This document shows, one piece after another, positions 1 to 7,731 of a stretch of DNA of 26,523 nt. The position numbers and the translations under genes were made by a program. The notes under the pieces were generated by a model. The model ran no database searches, was not told the origin of the DNA, and worked only from the letters and a program-made list of their open reading frames with translations. The stretch lies in IMG/VR virus record IMGVR_UViG_3300037418_003165, positions 64,001 to 90,523 of that record; one strand, 5' to 3'. The DNA comes from a virus (Duplodnaviria > Heunggongvirae > Uroviricota > Caudoviricetes). Each line of letters starts with the position of its first letter. Positions within the stretch are counted from its first letter, which is position 1.

Positions 1-1
1 G

Positions 2-331
2 GTAGTCGCGCTGCGCGGTGCGTTCCTGGCGACCCAGAGCCAGGCCGCGCACGTCATGGAGATGGGATCCGGTGGGCGGTTCCTGCCCGGGCTGATGATG
101 ATGCCCGGCGACCGCATCGGATCCACCTTCGAGCAAGCCACCTCCACCATCCGCGTCGACCTCGTCGAATCGGTCGACCTCGCCTGGGACTGGGACTCCG
201 GGCAACCCCACGAATACAAGGTCCAGATCGGGCAAGCCCAGGCCGCAATGTCGTTGGCGGAGAGGCAAACCCGTCAGATCAGCTTCGCGCTGTCCGTGCT
301 CCAGAACATCGGCGTCCACCTCCTGTCCTGA
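2..331 (+). CDS. C-terminal fragment of a minor tail protein (5'-truncated by the window)
   Basis: Frame is open from base 2 (VVALRGAFLATQSQAAHVMEMGSGGRFLPG..GDRIG..VDLAWDWDSGQPHEYKVQIG). Resembles the C-terminus of actinophage Gp37-like minor tail proteins and precedes a DUF2744-like gene. Confidence 0.7.
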   Translation, partial: VVALRGAFLATQSQAAHVMEMGSGGRFLPGLMMMPGDRIGSTFEQATSTIRVDLVESVDLAWDWDSGQPHEYKVQIGQAQAAMSLAERQTRQISFALSVLQNIGVHLLS

Positions 332-356
332 CCTTCGCTTGCAGGGAGAACCCATC

Positions 357-872
357 GTGAATCCGAACGATCTGCTGCGCGCTGTCCCGGTCACCCAAGC
401 CAACGCCGACATGTCCGACCCGCGCCAGCACCACGCCTGGGCGTTGGGCAGCTTCCCGGCGCCGAACCGGCAGATGGGCGACGTCGCGCTGCACCCCCTG
501 GTTGTTGCCGAATTCTCGGAACGCCTGACCGATTTCGGCTTCCGCCACCACCCGGAGCTGCAGACGAAATGGCTGATCCCCGGCGACCACCCGGAGGCCG
601 GCTATCTCAACGTGCCGAAGATCGTCGACCGCGAGGAGTACGAGGCGTGGCTGGCCACCCAGTCCGATCCCGCGGCCGCCGAGCAGAGCATGCGCGCCAA
701 GGCTGAGGAAGTCCTCGGCAAGGTCAACCCGCGGCTGCTCGAACGCATCAACTCGATGACCGACGAGGAGCGTCAGGCCGAGCTCGCCGAGCAGCGCGCG
801 CAGCTGCCGGCAGCGTTCGATCGGCTCGCCGAACTCCGCAAGGCCATCGAAGAAGATCGGGAAGCGCAGTGA
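357..872 (+). CDS. Minor tail/tail-associated protein, DUF2744 (mycobacteriophage gp29-like)
   Basis: AGGGAG at 343-348 precedes GTG 357. Motif HPLVVAEFSERLTDFGFRHHPELQTKW resembles this family, at its usual position after the minor tail gene. Confidence 0.75.
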   Translation: MNPNDLLRAVPVTQANADMSDPRQHHAWALGSFPAPNRQMGDVALHPLVVAEFSERLTDFGFRHHPELQTKWLIPGDHPEAGYLNVPKIVDREEYEAWLATQSDPAAAEQSMRAKAEEVLGKVNPRLLERINSMTDEERQAELAEQRAQLPAAFDRLAELRKAIEEDREAQ

Positions 873-1468
873 CGCAACGAGTTCTGACCTTCGACCATAG
901 CGTCATCCCGCAGGAAACCGGATGGTGGTGCGGGCCCGCGTCCACGCAGGTCGTGCTCAACGGCCGCGGCATCGTCGTCGCCGAGCAGGAGCTGGCCACC
1001 GAGATCGGCACCACGTTCGACGGCACCGGCGACATCGACGACATCGCGCCGATCCTCAACCGGTATCTCGGCGCAGGCCTCTACACCACCACCCACCTGC
1101 GCCAAGATCCGCCCACCCCGGCGCAGACAGCGCAGCTGTGGGCGGACATCACCGCATCCATCGACGACGGATACGGGCTGGTCGCCAACATCGACGCCCC
1201 GCCTGGCAACTACCCGATCGGCGTTAACGGATCCACCAGCCCGCGCTACGGCGGCGGCGAAGTTCTCCACTACATCGCGCTCATGGGCTACGACGACAAC
1301 CCGGCATGGCCGGCGGTCTACGTCGCCGATTCCGGCTTCTGGCCGTTCGAGTACTGGATCAGCCTCGCCCAGCTGGCCTCCCTGGTCCCGCCGAAAGGCT
1401 ATGCCACAGCCCGCAATCCGCTGTGGCGCACGATCCTCACCCAGTTCATCGGACCCCCACGGAGGTAG
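869..1468 (+). CDS. Endolysin subunit 1: stand-alone C39-like cysteine peptidase (lysin A protease domain), 199 aa
   Basis: QETGWWCGPAS (Gln, Cys) and HYIALMGYD..VYVADS (His, Asp) motifs. GTGA overlap with the upstream gene. Confidence 0.85.
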   Translation: MTQRVLTFDHSVIPQETGWWCGPASTQVVLNGRGIVVAEQELATEIGTTFDGTGDIDDIAPILNRYLGAGLYTTTHLRQDPPTPAQTAQLWADITASIDDGYGLVANIDAPPGNYPIGVNGSTSPRYGGGEVLHYIALMGYDDNPAWPAVYVADSGFWPFEYWISLAQLASLVPPKGYATARNPLWRTILTQFIGPPRR

Positions 1469-1470
1469 CC

Positions 1471-2469
1471 ATGGGCAGCGGACCCATACCGGTGCGGCCC
1501 GCCGCGCCGATGCTGTTCGACACCGGAGCCATCGTCGGCGCCATCACTGACCCCGGCGCCACCGTCGCCGCCTCGAAATACACCGGCCGCATCTTCTACC
1601 TGCGCCGCGCCGACTGGAACACCACCCGATTCCCGGACTACGTCTCCGCGAGCGAAGCCGCCAGCTACAAGGCCCACGGCCTGACGATCGTCCTCAACTT
1701 CGAAGACGCGCAACCGAACTGGTGCCTCGGCGGATACACGGTCGGCAAGGACCGCGGCGACCTGTGTGCGGCCCAGCTCACCGAACTCGATCTCGAATCC
1801 GCGCACGTCTACATGTCGGTCGACTTCCAACCCGCCAACGCCAGCGAGATGAGCGCGGTCATGGAGTGCCTGCGCGGATTCCAGGAGTCGGCGCTCGGTC
1901 ACCGCGGCCGCGCCGTGTACGGCTTCGCGCCGGTGATGCGCGAAGCGAAGGCCCGCGGCCTGGCCGACTTCTACTGGATGGCCGGCGACGGCCGCGACCT
2001 CTTCGTCGGCGACTGGCGCGCCGGCGTCCGCGCCGACGATCTCGCGCACGTGAACCTGTGGCAGCAGAACAACGAGCAGCCCTGGGTTTTCGGCGTGCGC
2101 GTCGACGACAACTACGCCCTTACCCCCGATTTCGGGCAGTGGAAACCCCAGGAGGACCCCATGGCCGACGAAGCGCAGCAGATTGCCACCCAGCTGATGG
2201 GCCCCGACGGCGCCGGATTCGAAATCCTTGGCCGCGCAGTCGAAACCGCACCCGACCGCGACCGCTACCTCACCGAAGCGATCGCGGTACTCCTCACCCA
2301 GGTGTGCGGCGACCCGAACTTCGGCGGCTGGACCCAGCTCGGCGACGGCCCCGACAGCGACACCCCCAAACGAACCCTCGTCAACGCCGTCGCGCAGCTG
2401 CTGCGGCAGAACGAGCAAATTCTCGCCCAGAACGCGCAGATCCTCGCCGCACTCACCCCGAAGGAGTAG
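1471..2469 (+). CDS. Endolysin subunit 2: DUF1906/Rv2525c-like (GH25-like) glycoside hydrolase with C-terminal putative cell-wall-binding repeats, 332 aa
   Basis: GGAGGT at 1461-1466, ATG 1471. Motifs GLTIVLNFE, VYMSVDF, AVYG, FYW and VDDN; C-terminal QLMGPDGAGFEILG and GGWTQLG repeats typical of actinophage lysins. Confidence 0.85.
   Translation: MGSGPIPVRPAAPMLFDTGAIVGAITDPGATVAASKYTGRIFYLRRADWNTTRFPDYVSASEAASYKAHGLTIVLNFEDAQPNWCLGGYTVGKDRGDLCAAQLTELDLESAHVYMSVDFQPANASEMSAVMECLRGFQESALGHRGRAVYGFAPVMREAKARGLADFYWMAGDGRDLFVGDWRAGVRADDLAHVNLWQQNNEQPWVFGVRVDDNYALTPDFGQWKPQEDPMADEAQQIATQLMGPDGAGFEILGRAVETAPDRDRYLTEAIAVLLTQVCGDPNFGGWTQLGDGPDSDTPKRTLVNAVAQLLRQNEQILAQNAQILAALTPKE
2161..2469 (+). 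CDS. Possible internal in-frame translation product (102-aa cell-wall-binding domain alone)
   Basis: AGGAGG at 2150-2155 followed by in-frame ATG 2161 exactly at the catalytic/C-terminal domain junction. Confidence 0.5.
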   Translation: MADEAQQIATQLMGPDGAGFEILGRAVETAPDRDRYLTEAIAVLLTQVCGDPNFGGWTQLGDGPDSDTPKRTLVNAVAQLLRQNEQILAQNAQILAALTPKE

Positions 2470-2471
2470 TC

Positions 2472-2720
2472 ATGGCCAAGGCCTCGCTCAACCCCCTCGC
2501 CTACAAGCCTGCCCAGCTCGCGAAAGCCTTTGTCGCGCTCACCACCGCGGCGATCGCCATCCTCACCCTGATCGCCAGCGACCTGTCCACCGGCGGCCTG
2601 TCCACCGCGGCCGGCTGGGTCAGCGGCATCGCGATGGCCCTCACCCCGGTACTCGTATTCCTCAAGCGCGCAGGGGATGTGATCGAAGTGATCGACCGGG
2701 GAGGCGACGATGGCCAGTAA
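2472..2720 (+). CDS. Putative holin, 82 aa, two hydrophobic segments
   Basis: AAGGAG RBS; follows the lysin; two predicted TM stretches and an acidic C-terminal tail. Confidence 0.7.
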   Translation: MAKASLNPLAYKPAQLAKAFVALTTAAIAILTLIASDLSTGGLSTAAGWVSGIAMALTPVLVFLKRAGDVIEVIDRGGDDGQ

Positions 2721-3138
2721 CGTCCCCGCGATCGAACCGTCGGTCGCGGCCGGGTTCACACGCCTCACAGCGATCGCGATCCTCACCTTCGCCGCCATCT
2801 ACGGCATGGTCACGATCATCGGCGGCGCCGGCCGCTGGTCCACCCCCGCCTACGACGTCGCCATGCAGGTCCCCGGCGCCCCCCAATCGTGGGGCGTCGT
2901 GCTCCTCGGATCCGCGCTGATGGGGCTGCTCGGATTCGCAGTGCGGCTCCTGCCGATCATCTGGATCGGATTCGCCGGATGCACCGTCTGGTCAGGCTGC
3001 TTCGCCTGGTGCGTCGGCGTCGTCGCCGCCCGCAACCCGCAAGTCGGGTGGGGCGGCGTCATCATCTGGCTCTTCCTGGCCGCGCTGTTCGCCGCGTGCA
3101 CCGCGGCCGGCGCCGGAAGGTTCCATGCGCCTGCCTGA
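2710..3138 (+). CDS. Lysis-cassette membrane protein (about 4 TM), 142 aa
   Basis: Four hydrophobic stretches; overlaps neighbours on both sides. Confidence 0.7.
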   Translation: MASNVPAIEPSVAAGFTRLTAIAILTFAAIYGMVTIIGGAGRWSTPAYDVAMQVPGAPQSWGVVLLGSALMGLLGFAVRLLPIIWIGFAGCTVWSGCFAWCVGVVAARNPQVGWGGVIIWLFLAALFAACTAAGAGRFHAPA

Positions 3139-3595
3139 ATGGCCGAGCCTGCCCGATCGGGTCGCCAACTACATCGATGGCGAATCGGTGCGCGGCTACC
3201 AGCGGATGGTCTACCTCGCCCTGGTCTGCGCCGGCGCGCAAGGACTGCTCCTCGGCCAGCTACCCAACGCGGTCGCCGACACCCTCGGCCCATGGTTCAA
3301 CGCAGGCTGGCTGGTCCTGCTGGTCCTCGGGCCGATTCTCACTTTCATAGGGTCCTGGTCCGAGCCGCGCCATGTCGTCGGTCTGTGGCTGCAACTATCC
3401 GGTGACTCGGCGGTCTCAGCGGCCCTGCTCGCCTACGCGGTCGCACTCGGCCAGACCGTTTACGCCGGACGCGCAACTCTGGCGATGTGGCTCGGCCTGG
3501 CGCTGAGCATGTGCGCGCTCATGTTGGTCGTGCGCGACATCCGCAAGCTACGCGCGGTCGCGGCCAAGGTCAGAGAGCTGGACTGCGATGAATGA
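3125..3595 (+). CDS. Lysis-cassette membrane protein (about 4 TM), 156 aa
   Basis: Four hydrophobic stretches and a basic C-terminus; overlapping starts and stops. Confidence 0.7.
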   Translation: MRLPEWPSLPDRVANYIDGESVRGYQRMVYLALVCAGAQGLLLGQLPNAVADTLGPWFNAGWLVLLVLGPILTFIGSWSEPRHVVGLWLQLSGDSAVSAALLAYAVALGQTVYAGRATLAMWLGLALSMCALMLVVRDIRKLRAVAAKVRELDCDE

Positions 3596-3917
3596 ACTGC
3601 TCAACATCGGCAACCTGCTCGTCGGCGCCGGCGGCAGCGCGATCCTCGTCACGCTCATCGGCGCGCTGTTCCAGCGCCGCATGAACCAGGCCAACTACAC
3701 CAGGGCCCTCGTCGAGACGGCCAACGACTTCGCCGACCGCGTCGACGTGCGTAACCAGCGCCTCGAGGACAAGGTCACCCGCCTCGAAGGACAGATCGAC
3801 AAGCTCGACGACCGGATCGTGCTGCTGTCCGAGCAGCTGCGAATCGCGATCCCGATCATCCAGGAAGCCGGGCACGAGGCGAAAGCCGCAGCCATGCGCG
3901 CCGCCCTCGGTAGCTGA
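3588..3917 (+). CDS. Single-TM protein with C-terminal coiled coil, 109 aa
   Basis: N-terminal hydrophobic helix then heptads (RNQRLEDKVTRLEGQIDKLDDRI); common last gene of actinophage lysis cassettes. Confidence 0.7.
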   Translation: MNELLNIGNLLVGAGGSAILVTLIGALFQRRMNQANYTRALVETANDFADRVDVRNQRLEDKVTRLEGQIDKLDDRIVLLSEQLRIAIPIIQEAGHEAKAAAMRAALGS

Positions 3918-3939
3918 ACCTTCCTGCCTCCCTTTACCT

Positions 3940-3963
3940 CTGCCGCTCACTCCCGGGCGGCAG
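3940..3963 (+). terminator. Weak GC hairpin after the lysis cassette
   Basis: CTGCCGC / GCGGCAG 7-bp stem, 10-nt loop, followed by TTGTCGTTT. Confidence 0.4.
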
Positions 3964-3997
3964 TTGTCGTTTCTGCCTGCCTTCAGGAGGCCCCTGC

Positions 3998-4756
3998 ATG
4001 CGCAAATACGGCAAAACCCCGGCCCGGATCAACTCGGTCCAGCTGAAACTGGCCGACTACTTCGACCACGCCAGCGTGCTGCCGAAGATTCCCGCCGAAT
4101 TCGGGCACGAAAACCTCGTCCACGCATGGGAAATGCTCGGCAACGACGAATTCGGCGACTGCGTGTGGGCCGGTGCCGCCCACGAAACCATGTCCTGGTG
4201 CGCCGACGCCGGCCAGAAGCCGGTCTTCACCCCCGACTCGGTGCTCTCGGACTACACCGCGGTGACCGGCTTCAACCCGGACGACCCGAGCACCGACCAG
4301 GGCACCGACATGCAGGTCGCGGCCAGCTATCGGCGCCGCGTCGGCATCGTCGACGCGACCGGCAAGCGGCACAAGGTCGGCGCGTATATCGCGCTCACCC
4401 CGGGCGACCCCGACCAGCTCGCCGCGGCCACTTACATCTTCGGCGCGGTCGGCGTGGGAATCCGCGTCCCGGACTACGCCGAAGCGGAATTCGACGCCGG
4501 GAAGCCGTGGGACGTGCGCCACGGCAACCCGAAAATCCTCGGCGGCCACTACATTTCGTCACTTGCTCGGCGAAGCGGCAACTTCTGTGTTGCCACCTGG
4601 GGCGCCATCCAGGAGATGACGCCCGCCTTCTACCGGCGGTTCTGCGACGAGGCGATCGTCTACCTCTCGCGCGAGTTCCTCACCGCCGGCCGATCGCCGG
4701 AAGGCTTCGACCTGGCACAGCTCACCGCTGATCTGAAGGCATTCACCCGGCGATGA
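3998..4756 (+). CDS. Papain-like (clan CA, C1-like) cysteine peptidase, 252 aa
   Basis: AGGAGG RBS. MLGNDEFGDCVWAG (nucleophile Cys), GGHYISS (His) and ATWG (aligns to papain NSWG). ATGA overlap with the next tail gene. Confidence 0.7.
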   Translation: MRKYGKTPARINSVQLKLADYFDHASVLPKIPAEFGHENLVHAWEMLGNDEFGDCVWAGAAHETMSWCADAGQKPVFTPDSVLSDYTAVTGFNPDDPSTDQGTDMQVAASYRRRVGIVDATGKRHKVGAYIALTPGDPDQLAAATYIFGAVGVGIRVPDYAEAEFDAGKPWDVRHGNPKILGGHYISSLARRSGNFCVATWGAIQEMTPAFYRRFCDEAIVYLSREFLTAGRSPEGFDLAQLTADLKAFTRR

Positions 4757-5892
4757 CCAACCCGGCCGGATCCAGCGGGCTCACTCCGGGCGAATGGGGC
4801 CTGACCGGCACCGACGGCTCCATCCCGGCCAAGTCCACCCACACCCAGGGCAACGTCACCCAAACACTGCAGGACCAGTTCACCTCGACACAGTTCTCCG
4901 GGCTCGGCAACAGCCTGATCGCGATGATCCTGAGCTTCATCGGCGCCGGAATCGCCGCGATCCTCGGCGGATTCGCGACCGTCATCGATGCGATTTTCGG
5001 CACCGTCGACAACGGGTACGTCGCGGCGCTGCCGATCATCAACGACCACAGCCAGTCGATCACCGAACTCACCGAGGCCTTCGAGCAACTCATCCTGCAA
5101 GGCGTCGCAACCGTCTTCACCAGCAACAACACCTACACGCCCAGCGCCGGCATCCTCAGCATCGACGTCATCATCATCGGTGCCGGAGCCGGCGGTGGTG
5201 GCGGCGACGGCGAAGTCCAGGCCAACGACTCAGCCGGTGGCGGTGGCGGTGGCGGGGGCGGCGAGATCCACTTCAACGTGCCGGCCTCCCTGCTGGCCAC
5301 CCTCCCCGGCGGCGGATTCGCGCCGATCCCCATCACCATCGGCGCCGGCGGAACCTACGGCAACGGCGGGTCTCACGGCACCCCCGGCACCGGCGGCGGC
5401 GACACCTCCTTCGGCTCATACCTCACGGCAGGCGGCGGCCAAGGCGGCCTGTACGGAATCCTGCAGGGCGGCGGCGCCGGGGGCATCGGCGGCGCCGGGA
5501 TGATCCCCGGCGGCACCGGCGGAACAGGCGGCCACAGCGGATCAGCCAACGTCGCAGCGACAGTCGGTGGAAACAGCACGTCCGCATATGACCTGCACGG
5601 CGGTGGCGGCGGAGGTGGAGGCGGCGGAGGCGGTTTCGTGGCGAGCGCGTCCGGCGGCATCGGCGGCATCTCTCCCGGCGGCGCCAGCGGCGGCGGGAAC
5701 GGATCAGCGCCCTCCAGCATCATCGCGACCGGCGGTGGTGGTGGCGGCGGCGGAACCAACAGCACCGTAGCCGGCGCAGGAGCATTTCCAGGTGGTGGTG
5801 GCGGCGGCGGTGGCGGCGGTGGAGGAATCTCCTCGACCCGCGGAGGGCCTGGCGCCAACGGAATCCTGTTCGTCATCGAACGGACCACATAG
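4753..5892 (+). CDS. Minor tail protein with glycine-rich domain, 379 aa
   Basis: Motif TVFTSNNTYTPSAGILSIDVIIIGAGAGGG..GANGILFVIE, the typical phage glycine-rich domain. Confidence 0.85.
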   Translation: MTNPAGSSGLTPGEWGLTGTDGSIPAKSTHTQGNVTQTLQDQFTSTQFSGLGNSLIAMILSFIGAGIAAILGGFATVIDAIFGTVDNGYVAALPIINDHSQSITELTEAFEQLILQGVATVFTSNNTYTPSAGILSIDVIIIGAGAGGGGGDGEVQANDSAGGGGGGGGGEIHFNVPASLLATLPGGGFAPIPITIGAGGTYGNGGSHGTPGTGGGDTSFGSYLTAGGGQGGLYGILQGGGAGGIGGAGMIPGGTGGTGGHSGSANVAATVGGNSTSAYDLHGGGGGGGGGGGGFVASASGGIGGISPGGASGGGNGSAPSSIIATGGGGGGGGTNSTVAGAGAFPGGGGGGGGGGGGISSTRGGPGANGILFVIERTT

Positions 5893-6489
5893 GTGTACGC
5901 CACCCTCACCGTCTACACCAGCAACGGTTTCTACACGCCGAGCACAGGTTTCGTCATCGGCGTCGACGTCATCCTGCGGGCCGCCGGAGGCGGTGGCAGC
6001 TCGACAGCAGGCGGCGGCGGTGGTGCCGCGGTGGTGCGCGAGCACATCCGGGCAGTCGACATCGGCGCCGGCCCCATCGCCGTAACTGTCGGCGCCGGAG
6101 GCACATCCGGCGGCGACGGCGGCAACTCGTCGTTCGGGACGTTCGTCACCGCCAGACCTGGCAGCGGCGGCGCGAATGGTGGCCTCGGCGGATTCGGCTT
6201 CATGCGCGGCGGTGTCGGCGGCGCATCCGGAGCAGTGGGGGAATCCGTTACATCCGGACCGGTACGGCTTCTGGCCGGCGGTGGGGGCGGGGCCGGGCTC
6301 GGCAGCACCGGCGGCGGTTCCGGTCTGGTCCCGCGAGGCACCAGCAACCCGGTGTTCTGGCAAACCACACAGTCCGGTGGTGGCGGCGACAGTGCCCACT
6401 CCGGCGGATTCCCCGCAGGCGGCGGCGGCGCGACCGCCAACGGCGCCGCGGGCTGCGTCACGGTCATCGAATACATCACAGAAAGCTGA
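5893..6489 (+). CDS. Second glycine-rich-domain minor tail protein, 198 aa, in frame directly after the TAG of the previous gene
   Basis: TVYTSNGFYTPSTG..VDVILRAAGGGG..GAAGCVTVIEY is paralogous to the preceding domain. No clear SD before GTG. Confidence 0.8.
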   Translation: MYATLTVYTSNGFYTPSTGFVIGVDVILRAAGGGGSSTAGGGGGAAVVREHIRAVDIGAGPIAVTVGAGGTSGGDGGNSSFGTFVTARPGSGGANGGLGGFGFMRGGVGGASGAVGESVTSGPVRLLAGGGGGAGLGSTGGGSGLVPRGTSNPVFWQTTQSGGGGDSAHSGGFPAGGGGATANGAAGCVTVIEYITES

Positions 6490-6494
6490 AGCAA

Positions 6495-6809
6495 ATGGCA
6501 ACAGCCACAGTGCATATCGAGTCTGTCGGTGGTTTCGCGGGCCCGGCCCGATGCTTCAAGGTCGACCCGCCGTTCATGGGTTCTGACTACGTGACCATCT
6601 GGGCGCAAACAGGTTTCGGTGAACACACCCTCCCCGAGGCATGCGTGGTGCCTGCAACCGAGACCGGGGCATGCGCCGAGCGGTCGCTCAAACGCCGCCC
6701 CGGCTCCTTCGTACTTCACGACGACCCCGACACCCCGGAGCGGGTCGACGGCGCGTACTGGATGGCGCTGCTAATGCTCGGCGGCTACGAAATCACGGAC
6801 GCGTCATGA
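6495..6809 (+). CDS. Conserved-type actinophage tail-region hypothetical protein, 104 aa
   Basis: Clean ORF in the operon (GGFAGPARCFKVDPP..ALLMLGGYEI); ATGA overlap with the next gene. Confidence 0.7.
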   Translation: MATATVHIESVGGFAGPARCFKVDPPFMGSDYVTIWAQTGFGEHTLPEACVVPATETGACAERSLKRRPGSFVLHDDPDTPERVDGAYWMALLMLGGYEITDAS

Positions 6810-7213
6810 CCGTCATCAGCGAAAACGTCGGCGATATCGCGGGCGCCGACAACAGCACCGTCTTCGTTTTCGCCTCCGCGGCCGTCCGCAACAGCAGCGC
6901 CGGGACAGCGCTGATCACCGACCGCGCCGAAACCTACACCGCGGTCGGTGGTGTGCTCACCACCGGCGACCTCGATCCAGGTCTGGCCATCGTGCGCGTG
7001 GGCGTGCACAAGTGGGCGATCGAGATCCCCGACTCACCCACCCCGATCCGGCTGCAACCGCTCCTGGACGCGGCCACACCGATCCCGCCCGCGCAGGAAG
7101 CGTCCGCTGTCCGCAACGGCGGCGGCGTGCGGCGCATCGAGGTCGACGAGCTGGCCGACTATGCCGCGATCGCCACGCCGGACCCCGAAACCCTCTTCTT
7201 CATCCCCGAATAG
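6806..7213 (+). CDS. Minor tail protein, 135 aa
   Basis: ATG 6806 overlaps the upstream TGA. LTTGDLDPG motif and C-terminal DYAAIATPDPETLFFI tail-fibre-type motif. Confidence 0.75.
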   Translation: MTVISENVGDIAGADNSTVFVFASAAVRNSSAGTALITDRAETYTAVGGVLTTGDLDPGLAIVRVGVHKWAIEIPDSPTPIRLQPLLDAATPIPPAQEASAVRNGGGVRRIEVDELADYAAIATPDPETLFFIPE

Positions 7214-7230
7214 CCACTCCACACCGTTCA

Positions 7231-7259
7231 AGGCCTCCGCTCACCGCGGGGGCCTTTTT
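7231..7259 (+). terminator. Intrinsic-terminator-like hairpin within the tail operon
   Basis: AGGCCTCCGC-tcacc-GCGGGGGCCT (one G-U pair) followed by TTTT. Confidence 0.7.
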
Positions 7260-7282
7260 CGTGCCACGAAAAGGAGCCCACA

Positions 7283-7720
7283 ATGGCTGCAAGCGCGAAG
7301 ATGTACGGCCCCGCGATGACCAGCGCCTTCAACAAGGAAATCGACTGGGACTCCGACACGATCAAGGTGATGCTGTGCACCAGCAGCTACACCCCGAACC
7401 AGGACACCCACCGCTACAAGTCCGACGTCACCAACGAAGTCACCGGCACCGGCTACACGGCGGGCGGCGCCACCCTGACCACCATCGCGCCGTCGTACGC
7501 GTCCGGTACCAACACTCTGACCCTCGACGCGAACGACGTCAGCTGGCCGAACAGCACGATCGTCGCCCGATACGCGGTCGTCTATGACGCGACCCCGTCG
7601 ACCGACGCGACCCGCCCGCTGATCGGCTATGTCGACTTCGGACAGGACATCTCCACCACGGCAGGCACTTTCAGCATCGTCTGGGATGCCGCGGGCGTCA
7701 TCAGCGCGGTCGCGGCGTAA
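7283..7720 (+). CDS. Putative virion structural/tail protein, 145 aa
   Basis: AAGGAG RBS. DTIKVML..YTP..EVTGTGYTAGGATL..ARYAVVY..LIGYVDFG is a widespread phage tail-region family. Confidence 0.8.
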   Translation: MAASAKMYGPAMTSAFNKEIDWDSDTIKVMLCTSSYTPNQDTHRYKSDVTNEVTGTGYTAGGATLTTIAPSYASGTNTLTLDANDVSWPNSTIVARYAVVYDATPSTDATRPLIGYVDFGQDISTTAGTFSIVWDAAGVISAVAA

Positions 7721-7731
7721 CGGATCCAGCG

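Noticed and set aside
1399-2418. Long antisense or alternate-frame ORFs (for example 1399-2418, 7821-9317, 15192-16520, 16711-18120, 24065-24973)
   Set aside because: Shadow ORFs expected in high-GC DNA; Arg/Gly/Pro-rich, no motifs, and they overlap well-supported genes.
4009-4015. CGGCAAA at the start of the peptidase gene as a stoperator
   Set aside because: Only a 7-mer, a few of which are expected by chance in 26 kb of this composition, and it encodes Tyr-Gly-Lys.
5190-6450. GGC/GGT runs as PE_PGRS gene, microsatellite, CRISPR or DGR target
   Set aside because: Fully explained by glycine codons of phage glycine-rich domains; no PE domain, spacer structure, template repeat or reverse transcriptase in the window.
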